A program made the translations under genes and the position numbers. DNA of 63,361 bases, counting the filler, from Hyphochytrium catenoides (Eukaryota; Protista; Hyphochytriomycota), in NCBI GenBank assembly GCA_900088475.1. It is 7 parts of 7 records of this genome, joined end to end, with 100 filler letters (N's around TTAATTAATTAA, not from the genome) between each part and the next. Parts side by side here need not be neighbours in the genome. Positions count along the whole stretch, not along the records: positions 32,176 to 50,593 come from FLMG01000060.1; 6 more parts are not named here. One strand, given 5' to 3'. This document shows, one piece after another, positions 36,584 through 47,321 of the stretch. The notes under the pieces were generated by a model. That model made no database searches and was not told where the DNA came from. It saw only the letters and a program-made list of their open reading frames with translations. Within the stretch, counting starts at the first letter, position 1; each line of letters begins with the position of its first letter.

Positions 36584-36949
36584 CTGACCATAGGCCATAG
36601 ATATAAACAGGGCCATTCCGCTTGATTCATATCTCGGCTTCTACTGAGAGTTTGGAGCTGAAACTTGAGTAGTTAAGCTTGGCACCTTGTAGTCCACATA
36701 GCTGTGCCCTCAGACTCCAACATATTCACCCTCTAGCAACAAATGCTGTGAACGCTGGATGAGGACTGTCATTCAGCAGGCGGCGATATGCCTTCTGGTT
36801 GCTACTGACCTTCCTCGTTTGTTTGGGCACATGCATTGGCGTTTACAAGGGAAGAGTGGCGTTTACAAGGAAGAGTTGATACAATTCGAGCTAGGTGTGT
36901 ATAGAGAGTGATTACTGCACTACTGACAACGAGCATTTCAACATTATTC

Positions 36950-39147
36950 AACGGTTTGAGGGAACGGCTATGCGGACTGCAAGCTGGCAAGCTTAGCTAC
37001 CCAAGTTCCAGCTCCAAACTTCTAGTAGAAGCCGAGATATGAATCAAACGAAGTGACCTTTTTTATATCTATGGCCTTATCGTAAAGGCCCCCAAATACC
37101 TTCAGGACTGAGTGAGGGTTAGTCTTATCGGGGGGACGAGTTGGTAGGACGACCAGGGTCGTTAGCGGCTCAATCCAACCGAGAAGTGAGGGCTTCGACA
37201 AGACTCGCAATTTACCTGCTGGCGGTCGGACTGAGGGACGCAAAGCCTCAATTTCAACCCACAGGGGCTTCAGCACAAATGGACTTTTTCGTGTTTTGTG
37301 TGTCTGTGTGTGTGTGTGTTTGTGATCAAAATTTCACTATTTGGATTTTCACTAATCACTATTTGGGCTTTTTCTTTGGGTTTAAATCTGGGTACTTTGG
37401 GGATATAAAAGAGGTTAGACTAGAAGCGAAAGGGTTTCTATGAATATAACTCGAATTTGTAACGCGAGACGTATTACCATAACCGAGACACATCGCGTGC
37501 GTCCACGCGAATTTGTGCTGTAACCTCATATTACCTGAGACGTATCACCTACAATCCTGCGTCGTTAGCTGTACGAGTTGAGGGTGGGGGTGACATGTCA
37601 CGCAACTCCTGCAGCAGTCGAGAGTTGGAGAAAGTTTCGCCACTCACTCACTCACTCACTCACACTCACTCACTACTCGGTTGTAGGAAGCGTGGGTGAA
37701 GGAGTAGAGAGATCCTTCAGAGAGTGTGCCTATCTAGGAATTACTACGAGTACTGAAAGAACTAGTTCTCAGTTCTACAGGTTGTAGTTCTATAAGGAAT
37801 GAAGAGCTCCTGGTGTTACAAGTACAAGTACAACTAGATCAGTGATCCAAGCATCTTCCACTGATAATGCAGCCGAAGGCTGGATTACGCACTAGTAACA
37901 TCGGGCGAGCCCTAGGCGCAGCCTAAAGCTATTGATAACCAGAAACGAAGAGCAGCCCCTTGCAATAGTAGTAAGATGATGCCAGCAGCAACTAGCAAAT
38001 AAAGCGCAGAAGAAGAATTGTTTTCGGCAATTCGGATCCTTCCGAGTGACGGGAAGAAAGAGAGCTGGCAATTCGGCTTCCTTTGTTAGTCTGGTGGCTT
38101 GTTGTGTCCACTTCTTGGAAGAGGACAGAGGAGATGATGAGGAGAGCAGCGACAGCGGCCATCTGCTTTCTTGGCTCTTTTAATCAGTTAAAAAGAGAGA
38201 AAGAACCGGCGCATCAACACTGGGATTCCATTACAGTCTCTTGCCGCGATCAAAGAACAGAAGAAAGAGGAGGGTTCGTTGCTCTCTTCATTCATCTTTG
38301 AACAACCGCCCCAGTTAACTTTTGCAGTGCGCAGGAGGAGGAACGCGCCGCCCTCTTCTGCCGTACTGTTGATAGTCGGAAGAAAGAAAATCTCTTTACT
38401 CTGCACCTTTTCCTCTTCCTTTTTTAGAGGAGTGCAAGAAGAGATCGACACAAAGCCAAAAAAGTAAGTTGGTCCATCTACAATTCTTACAATCCCCCGA
38501 TTATTATTGCTTTCTGAAGCCCTTGAAGCTCGTCTCAACTTCCTCAACGGAAATTTTTGAAGCGAAGGTAATATTTTATTCATAATCGTCCTTGCAATAC
38601 CTCCCGTCCTAGCAAAATCTCCGTCCTACCGTCCAGCCAAAAATTTCACTTTCCCACGATCCAACCATCCGTCCTACCACCTCCTCCCCCCGATAAGACT
38701 TACCCTGACTGTTTTAGACAAGGGACATCACAATGACTGAATATCTTAGGATTTATTGGGAATATTTGGCAGGGTCAGATTAGCTTTAGATTGTGGGACC
38801 GCCGTTGGATGCTTCACTCAAGGGAGTTGGAGTGGCGGCAGGTGCTGAAGTCTGAGGGCCTATTTCTATGGGGTGCAAGCTGGCAAGCTTAGCTACCCAA
38901 GTCCTAGCTCCAAACTCTCAGTAATAGCCGAGACATGAGAACAATTCGATTTTTGGGGCCTGTTTGTTTCTACCGCTTAGGGTCAGGACCCCGGGTTAAC
39001 TTCAAAACTGACTGTTCAAAATATAAACATCTCTATGACAACCGACTGAGTATCTTCTTAGGTTCGATCATGGTTCAATATGAATAGGTGACATAGTAGT
39101 CAGAATAGGTCTAATTTGGAGAATCCCAGTAGTTTAGCTTACCAACA
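36950..39147 (+). mobile_element. Two further diverged LTR-B copies (~36950-37115 + 38706-38810, split by the Harbinger-like element; and ~38843-39147)
   Basis: Shared core caagctggcaagcttagctacccaag...agccgaga(t/c)atga...cttca(g/a)(g/a)actga; the second copy is preceded by a purine tract. Confidence 0.65.
37116..38705. mobile_element. Non-autonomous PIF/Harbinger-like DNA transposon (~1.59 kb)
   Basis: ~36-bp imperfect TIRs GGGT(T/A)AGTCTTATCGGGGGGA(C/G)GAG(T/G)TGGTAGGACG, TGA on both sides (37113-37115, 38706-38708), and the flanking LTR-B resumes on each side. No transposase ORF. Confidence 0.75.
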
Positions 39148-39224
39148 CCTCCCTGCAGCTCGAACTCCCTTCCATCCCGGCAGCTGGAACTCCGTTGAGC
39201 GGTCGAGGGTGAACCTTCAACATA

Positions 39225-39471
39225 AGGTAGTAGACAAAGATGATCTTTGACAAGCCGGGAATCGAACCAGGTCCTTCCTTCAGCAATGCCAGCACGCTAC
39301 GGCGTCTGCATCAATACACCAGGTGGCTGTTATTTAGTGATTTAGTGGGTCCTTATAGCCGTCTTCCTTCTGTGGTTTTAGCCGTGACCACCCCGGACCA
39401 GGAGCATACGCATTTAGAATGTGATGCGGACTAAGTTGAGCCTTACATTAGCCAATGTACAGATTCCAACA
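39225..39471 (-). mobile_element. Second tRNA-like-module LTR (family C), truncated
   Basis: Minus strand begins TGTTGGAATCT at 39471, with CTATAAG ~25 bp before TGGTGTATTGATGCAGAC...TAGCGTGCTGGCAT...GGTTCGATTCCCGG (39248-39331), similar to the family A module. Confidence 0.5.
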
Positions 39472-40117
39472 ACACTGACGACTCATATTATGTAAGACTC
39501 CAGATGAGTTGTCATTCACGGGCTAGATTCACAGTCATACCACCGTCGATCTCTTGTTGTGCTTTGTGTCGGTGAAGGGGAAGATCGTCGGTTGGTCGAA
39601 AACGGACGGGTATTCGCCACATAATCACACTAATAATAGAGGGTGCTCTGCAAAGAGATATGGGTCTAGCATTATTTTCGAAGTGGTGATTTCTTTATCG
39701 TGTCAGCCTCTTGAACGGGAGACCTGTGAGCGGCTAACTGGGTAAGATGTCGTGGTGTATTAGTATGTTATAAAACTCTGTTCGGGCTGATGTAATGAGA
39801 CGAAGAGGGTGGTCGTCGTCATCATCGTACAATAAAAAATAGGTCATTATGATACAATATAATGGTGGGATTCGGCAGGGGATGATGGCCCTTCTTCCTA
39901 AGAGTGGTGGAGGAGGACCTGCTGCTCAGGCCCTCCATCTGCTACAGTAGTCTCGCCCCATCCCTGTTGTTGCTTGCCGCCGCTTGATCTTCGAAAAGTA
40001 TTACATTGACAATTGCGGCGTCCTCTCTACTTCTGCAGTGGGCTTGGCTATTGTTGAATCGACCTCCTACTTTCAGATGCCTGGTAACTCAAATCAGCTC
40101 TTCCTGCTTTGATATTC

Positions 40118-41470
40118 TTACTCCACCAAAAGATTACGGAGACAGGCGTACAGAGGAATGAGAAAAATCGGCACTGCGTTTGATGGTGTCCAGTAAGCAG
40201 GCCGCATGGTTGACGCTAGTGAAGAGCTGGCAGTGGGTGATGTATTTCCAAGAATTTGGCTGTAAGCGCCGGGAGGATACACGCCCGGTAGATACACGAG
40301 GTAGCTCTTCTGAAAGTAGTCGTAGCTGTACGCTTGGTAGCTGCGTTGCATCTTGACAGTCATATTCGGTCCGGGAGAATTCAGAAAATCAGTAACCCCA
40401 GTCCAGATCATGATGCCCAAGGCGCTCTTGGCAGTGACAGTGGAGAGGTAGTCCCTATTGTCTTGGGCTGTGGGTCCCACTTCTGGCATAAAAGAGCATG
40501 AGGGTCCGATGCACGTCCCAATAGCAATGCGAGCAGGATGGACTCCCATTGCAACAAGACGGTCAAAGCTCTGCGGCACAGAGTCATAGTTCGCTCTCAT
40601 TCCCATATTGTAGGCCATCCAAAATACCATGTCAATCGCAGGCATCACGGCCATGAATGTGGGCTGATAGGGGCTCCAGCTCTCCTGTATTGTTGAGAAT
40701 GCAGACCACGAGATACATTTTCCTTGGCCGGACAGGGCAGCGCGGGTAGCACTGACGAAGCTGGCGGCAACGGAGGGATTTTGAGTCTGGTCGCTTTCGC
40801 TGTTCAGGCATTCATAATCAAAATCAACTCCGTCAAAGCCGAACTCCTGCACGTAACCACGCAGAGCACTTGCAAAAGCTACCGCTCTGCCCTGTAGCTT
40901 GGGACCGAACATGAAGTCACCGAACAGGCCAGCGCCGCAGTTACTAGCCCCGCCGACGGAAAGGAAGACTTTGGAACCCTTGGCGTGGAACATGTCAACG
41001 CCCTGACGCAGGGCTCTTCTGTCATTAAGGTAGGAGGCCGCGGGGTCAGCAGGTAGTCCTGAGCTATTGATCTGGGAAAAGGAAAAGAGTGCGATTTTGG
41101 GAAAATTCGGATAGTCAAAGAGCGAGACGTTGCCTAACTGCCAGGACTCGTAGTAGGCGACGATCAGCGGCAGATCAGAAGAACTCAATCCGCATTGAAA
41201 GCTGCCAGAAAAAGTGGCGAGGGAGGGTGCGGCGGGTGAGGCCGGGGAAGGCGAACCCCGCCCTTCCGTGCCCTCCCTGGTTGATCCCAACCCTACATCC
41301 GTTTGTTCCTGGAGCTGCTGACCCGTTGCAGGCATCATAATGATGGACGGAAGGAGGAGGACCAGTAGGGCAATATAAAAGTAGGCAAGGAAGCTCAAGA
41401 CGCGGAGAGGTCTCGTAGGAGGCAGCAGGCAGTCGAAGAAGAACGACGACGCCATAAGCCCGGAACACAT
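40118..41470 (-). CDS. GH18 chitinase, single exon, N-terminal signal/anchor and possible GPI-type C-terminus
   Basis: Catalytic FDGVDFDYE (DxxDxDxE), KVFLSVGG, WMAYN and GIMIW motifs. Hydrophobic VLSFLAYFYIALLVLLLPSII near the N-terminus; Ser/Thr-rich spacer plus hydrophobic C-terminal tail. First ATG at 41470. Confidence 0.88.
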   Translation of the reverse strand: MCSGLMASSFFFDCLLPPTRPLRVLSFLAYFYIALLVLLLPSIIMMPATGQQLQEQTDVGLGSTREGTEGRGSPSPASPAAPSLATFSGSFQCGLSSSDLPLIVAYYESWQLGNVSLFDYPNFPKIALFSFSQINSSGLPADPAASYLNDRRALRQGVDMFHAKGSKVFLSVGGASNCGAGLFGDFMFGPKLQGRAVAFASALRGYVQEFGFDGVDFDYECLNSESDQTQNPSVAASFVSATRAALSGQGKCISWSAFSTIQESWSPYQPTFMAVMPAIDMVFWMAYNMGMRANYDSVPQSFDRLVAMGVHPARIAIGTCIGPSCSFMPEVGPTAQDNRDYLSTVTAKSALGIMIWTGVTDFLNSPGPNMTVKMQRSYQAYSYDYFQKSYLVYLPGVYPPGAYSQILGNTSPTASSSLASTMRPAYWTPSNAVPIFLIPLYACLRNLLVE

Positions 41471-42568
41471 GGTTCTCTGTTTGCTACTCAAGAGGGACGA
41501 CACTAGTCCGAGCAAGGACTGCAGAGATCCAGCACTAAGACAGCAGCAGAGGACAGAATGAGATGTATGTTTAACTCCGGATAGGACCCTCAGACCTAAG
41601 CTACTTTTGCGCGGGGAAGAGGACTGATGGGTATCGAATAGATTGCAGACTGTGGCCACGGCAAAAGGAGTACTAAGCGCCTTACAAGGGAAAAGGAGGC
41701 GTGAAGCTGCATCGTCGTTCTAAAATCTTCACTTTTAAGCACCTACGCTGGACTCCAACATCCTCCTCTTCCTCTAACTAATAGCGCCAGCAGCGCCTTC
41801 CCACTCTTTCATTGTCCAACATTCTTCTTCTTCCTCCTCTTCCTATATCACTCTTCACTGCCCACCCACCGCCGCCCGTCATGTGGTGGGATCGTGTTGC
41901 TTTGCGCAGTGTCAGAGACCTTTGCTAACGGCGGCTGGCGGTGGCGGCCGCTGTGCTCTCTCCTCTGTGCTCTCTCAACCTCCACGCACAGCCCCGGCGG
42001 CCGTTGAAGGAAAGAATGGTTTGCAAGAAGCGAGAAAGAAAGGTGGGGAGGAGAGGACTTGGGAGAGGACTAGCGCTGGGGCCTGGCCGCCAAGGAAACA
42101 AAGGCTGGTCATCTAGTAAATAACACAAGGATGGGCGAGGCGAAGGAGAGCCGTTACCCGTCAAGTAAGTAGCCCTTCTTTCTTTCATTATTGATGACTG
42201 TAAGAATGCGCTCAGGAGCCTAAATGGCGATTTGGAAAAATTGATCAAGCACATTTCTTAGGTCTTGGCGAAGGTTTCATCGAAGATTCGAGGTTTATCC
42301 GTCCTGTGAGTTTATTAGTGAAACCTAAAATGCTTTCACTTTTCACTTCGAAACATTCACTTTCGTTGCTGCTTTAATATCCTTTGTACGGTGAGGCCTT
42401 AGAGTGCCTCGACCGCTGTCTGAATGACGGGCCTGAGCACTCCTGTCCTAACGCTGAGCGGAACAAGGGGCTTGGAGAAGGCGGCGAGGGAGCGGCCCGG
42501 AGCGGTGAGCGCGAGGTCTTCAGACTCATTTCTGGGACTCGGGCCCGCTTAGGAAGGAAGAGAGGAAG

Positions 42569-45500
42569 ATGACATCTCTGGCAGCAGAGACGGGGAGAGG
42601 GCGAGGGGGAGGAGTGATGCAGAAAGGCCAAGGGCGCCCAATAAACGCAAGCAGGGAGATCGGCAAAAGGGGAAGAAGAGGAAGAAGAAACTTCCGTCGT
42701 CAGTTGAAGAGATTGAGCACTACAGCTTTCGGCTTCCACTCACTGTCTCCCGCCGCCTTTCTTCCATCCCTTGTGCGTCCCAAAGAGTGGCAGTCCATGG
42801 TGCTTCAGCTCTTCCTTCTTCAACATGCTCCCGGTTCATCATCCTCTTTCCCTACCGGGTCCTCCTCTATTATTGTCCATCAGGATCCCACTTCTTGTTG
42901 ATTGCTTGTGCTGCTGGAAGAGGGCTACAGATTGTACTCTATAGGCAAGGGACCCTGTCTACCTCTGTGCTTAATGAGAGCTTTCAATTTCCTATGTGCG
43001 TGCGTTGTGACGTCAAGGGTACCTGCCCCTTCCGCCCACCCTCCCGTCCACTAGCCTTTTACGATCGTCCCTTTTTATATCACCATAAAGCTGCGCACTC
43101 AGCCTGGGCGGTCGCCTTCTACGTCTTCCTCGTGCTCATGTGCCCACGAAGAACCCCGCGTCCCACTTTTCAAAAGCTAACTTACGCTGCACATCTTACC
43201 GCTTCCTTTGCATATGGAGTACTCAAAGCTCTGGGAGTCGACAATGTCCTCCTATCCTGTCTCCAGCATAGCTTGCCAATGCTCGCAAACTCTGAAGCTG
43301 ATCGTATAGTTTTGACATTGATGCTTCCAGAGCTACTTTCGTCCCAGCCGCTTTAGTCCTCCTATTCTCTTCGCTCAGCGTTCCAAATGCATGAGTTCCC
43401 GTCAGCCCTGGCGCTCCGGGGGCTCGTGGTCTACGCGACCAATCCCCCGGGCTTCACCACCGTCCCCACCCCAGCCATAGGATCTGGTGGAACCTTTCCT
43501 CCTCCGCTGTTGCCGCTCACTCCCAGTAAGTACTAGCGCTCTTCTTTCTCTCTCTTTCTTGTGTGTCTCGCCGTTGCTCTGCTTAGGGGCGGGTTTGGCC
43601 TCCCGACAATTGGTCTTACGCTCTCACTCTCTTGTCTTAAGACAACCTCACCATAGTGCCATTCTTGGGTCCTCCCATGCGATTAGTGCGTTTATGCCTA
43701 GGTTTCCCCATCTCGCTCCTACGCCCTTTCCTCTTCTTCTTCTTCCACATTCGGCAGCTGTATCAGCAAGGTCGGACGATGTGTCACTGAGTTGTTTCTT
43801 CGTACACTTTCCTCGTTCCCACCTCAGGCCAAGAGAGTTATTCTCTGTATGACTGGGTCCTCACCTCTCTCATTGCGCTCCTGTTCTTTCTGGCCTTGGT
43901 GCATGCGCTGTGCAAGTTCGCTCTTAATCTCTACGTCATGGCGCTCGTCACTGTCCGGTCTGACAGCTGCCGCTCTGTCATCTCGCTCGTGCTTCTTTGC
44001 CTGTATGTGCCGTACACTTTGTTCGTCAACTACATCATGATTGACACCATAAACTGGGACGCGCTTCTACATCTCGATATCCCTCTTGCCTTTTCTCATT
44101 CTCTCTTCTCTCATCCTTGGAGAGTCTTTCTTCTTCCTGAGCTCTGTCTCCTCACCCTCCTCGGACTTGCACAAGTCCTCATAGCGCTCTGGGCCTGGGC
44201 GTCTGCGCCGTCAGAGAAAATGGTAATGAGGGAGATCCTCAATCAGCCTGTTCTGCCTGATGTGACAGTCGTGATGCCGATCTACAATGAGCCACTCCCT
44301 TCTCTCATGGCCGCTGTCAACAGCGTGGTAGCCTCTCTATACGCCAAAGAGACAGAGGGCAAACAGAAAAGGGGGAAGGTTGACCTCATTTTAGCTTTTG
44401 ACGAAGGGGAGATGACACCACTCTACCTCTCGACGCTGTACTGTTTCCTCCACTATGGCGATCCCCAGCGTAAGCCCCTCTCGTCTCTTGCTATGCAGGA
44501 CTACATGGGGATTGAGATGAACATCCAAAACCTTCAGCGCGCCGATCCCCTGCTCAAAGGGAGGAGCTTCTCCTCCATCCTTCCGCTGAAATATCAAGGA
44601 ATGGCCGTTACTCTTTGCCGCTTTCCGCACGGAGGGAAGCGCCACGCGCAACATTGTGCCTTCAGCCTTCTTCAGAACAGATGGGAACCGAAGGGACAGG
44701 CTCGAGAGGCGAGAGGCAACGAAAGACCTGGAGAAGACGAAGAACAGACGGGTAGTAAGCCTCTCCTTCTCTTTATCGACTCGGATATTGTCCTTCATCC
44801 CTCCGCAATGCACTTGCTAGTTTGGGACTTCATCAAGCCACTTCCAAACCGTCAGGCGCGTCCATGGGGAGTCACTGGACTGATTGTCTGTAAGACGAAG
44901 GGACAGTGCAGCATATTGGCAGCTCTGCAGGACGCAGAGTACATCGAGGGCCAGGTGTTTATCCGACAAATGGAGCATTGCCTTGGCTTCGTATCCTGCC
45001 TGCCCGGTGCCCTCACAATGATGACCTATGAGGCCCTCGAGGCAGTGCAGAAGGAGTACTTCTGCCCTCCAGAGCAGGGCAGAAGAAAGAAATCGACCGG
45101 TAAAGACAGAGGTAGCAGCGCTTACGACTTTGCTCGCACTCACTTGGGCGAGGACAGATATCTGACGCATCTCTTCATGGAGAAGAGCGGACGAAGGGGG
45201 ACAACAGCTTACCAAGCAGCGGCGCGATGCGAGACCGAGGGAGTCACTTCCCTCTTCGCCCTCATGAAGCAACGCCGCCGCTGGCTGCTGGGAGGTATCA
45301 CAAATGATATCTCGATGTATACGGATCCTCACCTTTGGAAGGCCTTCTACGTCCCTCTGTCTGTCGCACTAGTCAGGCAGTTTACAGGCCCTCCCATTCT
45401 TTGCTTCTACATCCTCTTCGCAGAGCTCGCGGTGGGAGAGATCTCCGCGGTCTGGTGGCTGTTACCCATGCTGGCAGTGCTCTGCCTCTCCTTCCTCTTC

Positions 45501-46211
45501 CTCACCGTGCACACAGCGAGGATTGGACACAAGCGGATCGTGCTCTTCTACCCTCTGCTCCGCCTCCTTCTCCCCCTCTTCTCTTTGTGCTTTGAAGTCT
45601 ACACTCTCTGTACCTTTGGCAAGCAGACCTGGGGAGGGCCGAGGGTCGGAGGAGAAGCGAAAGGAGCGCCACCAGGGAAGGAAGAACCCGGATTCCCTCC
45701 TGCTTCATCAGCTGACCCAGTCTCATTCTCATATTTTGGGAGCTTCACGTTGGCCAGTGAAAGGTCAAGGCGTTGTTTTAGGGGAGAAGGAGATAGGAAT
45801 ACGTTTCTTGGAGAATCTCTCTCTCGCTCTCTCTTCCAGTCCTCTCCCATCACTACTCCTCCTGCTGCCGTCTCGAGCCCGGTGTCCTCTCTGTATCAGA
45901 AAGAGCTACGAATAGGTTCTCCCTCCTGTGCGCGTACTCTCTCCTCCCAGCAGCACAGCATCAGACAGGATCCTTTGCTTTCTGAACAAGGAAGGAGAGA
46001 GATCACGCCGTCCTTTCTCTTTCTCTCTTCACCTGAGAGCCCCGCGACCTCAAGCCGGCAAGTCGACGAGGATAGAGTGCAAATAATGCTGGAGAGCGGG
46101 GGAGGAAGCAACACTGGAAGAGGTAGCTATCACCGTGTAGAGACGCCGAAGTCTAGCTGCATCCCCTCTCTTCCGGCTCGCTCAACTATTACTGCTAATA
46201 ACATAGTATAA
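42569..46211 (+). CDS. CHS: Chitin synthase (GT2), ChsD/class VI (division 3)-like; large final exon 43828-46211, upstream exons (e.g. 43379-43526) tentative
   Basis: VVMPIYNE, RFPHGGKRHAQ, LFIDSD, LQDAEY, SCLPGALT, HLGEDRYLTHLFM and KQRRRWLLGGITND, followed by TM helices and TWGGPR. Motif order and wording match my recollection of the fungal ChsD type. Confidence 0.88.
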
Positions 46212-47321
46212 GAGTGTCCGCATTGACATTGACTGGGCATTTGGGCATCTGGCGAGCGCGAGGCCCCTCTTCCGCCTGTTTAGGTTAGCAGGTAGATCGC
46301 TAGGGAAAGTCGTAGTGCGCCTCTATTGCCCATTATGATCTACTATATTTTTTTTTTCTTTCTGCCTCTGGCTCTCTATTCTGTCGCCAGGAGCGACTAA
46401 ATTAACTGCGTTCCTCCCGGGCATCGGACGCTGCAGCTAGCCTTGTGCTAATGATTGGGTTGTTATTAGAGAGGAAGAAGGAGATGAGCCACTGACGGTC
46501 CTGGCAGCAATGGCAGCGAGCACCAGTTGGAGCTCCGTCTAACAGGCTCATCCGCTCTCTCCTCCTCCCAACCCTGCACTAGCCGGTCCGTTACTTCTCA
46601 TAACCCTGAGGACAGCGCCCTCCTGTCACTCCCTCTCCCGTCTCCCCCACCTTCCTCCTCCCTCCCTCCCGCGCCTGCTGCTGCGCCGCCTCTGTCCCAC
46701 GCTGCCGGCTGCTCTTCCCCTCTTCCTCTTCCTCCTCTGTCTCTGCGTCTCTCTCTCTCCTGTGCTCGGGGGATGACCAACTAGAGGAACATTAAGCTGC
46801 AAGCGACCCCTTTGGACAGAGCAGAGCCATAAGATGTAGGGCTTACAGGTGAGGCTGACCCGCATATTCAGGCCCTAACCTCACCCTTCAAGAAGACCAG
46901 ATTTTCAAATTTCGGCGGGTAACGGACACTTCGGCCGCCTCTCTGCCCTGTCCCCGCCCCCTCTCCATAACTCACACACGCATATCTTATCCCCAAATAT
47001 TTTCTCTCACACTTGACCGTAGCCTAATCATCATGCTTTACCCGCCCTCTGTCTCGCAACCGGCTGCCATCTTCCTCACACATTCCTCCCTCTGTCTCAA
47101 TGGGTAGTCGCTCTGTCTCCGCTGCTCTTCCTCCCTCTCCCTCTCCCTCTCCCGCCTTTCGCCGACAATGCGAAAATTTGCCGATGAATCTGCGTTGAAG
47201 CGCCGTCTTCAGTATCTGCAAGAGCTTCACGTCAGCACCTGCAGGATATCACTCCTCAGGAAACCCCGCACACCAGCTAGCTCTGCCGGTAAGGCCCCTA
47301 AAGGAACAGTGAAAAGAAAAG

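Larger units (their letters stand above)
35524..36722 (-). mobile_element. Solo LTR of copia family B (35524-35719 + 36584-36722), TSD TATTC, split by a nested insertion
   Basis: TATTC at 35519-35523 and 36723-36727; the two halves join into the LTR-B sequence seen at 32627-32947. Confidence 0.85.
33389..36940 (+). mobile_element. Degenerate Ty1/copia gag-pol (gag, zinc knuckle, protease, GAG-pre-integrase, integrase core) hosting nested insertions
   Basis: ILISSILQSLPASFDSIVSHL, CGICRKRGHNSADC, KWLLDSGCSSHITGD, ITLWHKRVNHLN, CETCILAK, LHADVG, VVDDHSR, and TPAY|SPSSNKCCERWMRT resuming after the nested LTR at 36723. Confidence 0.85.
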
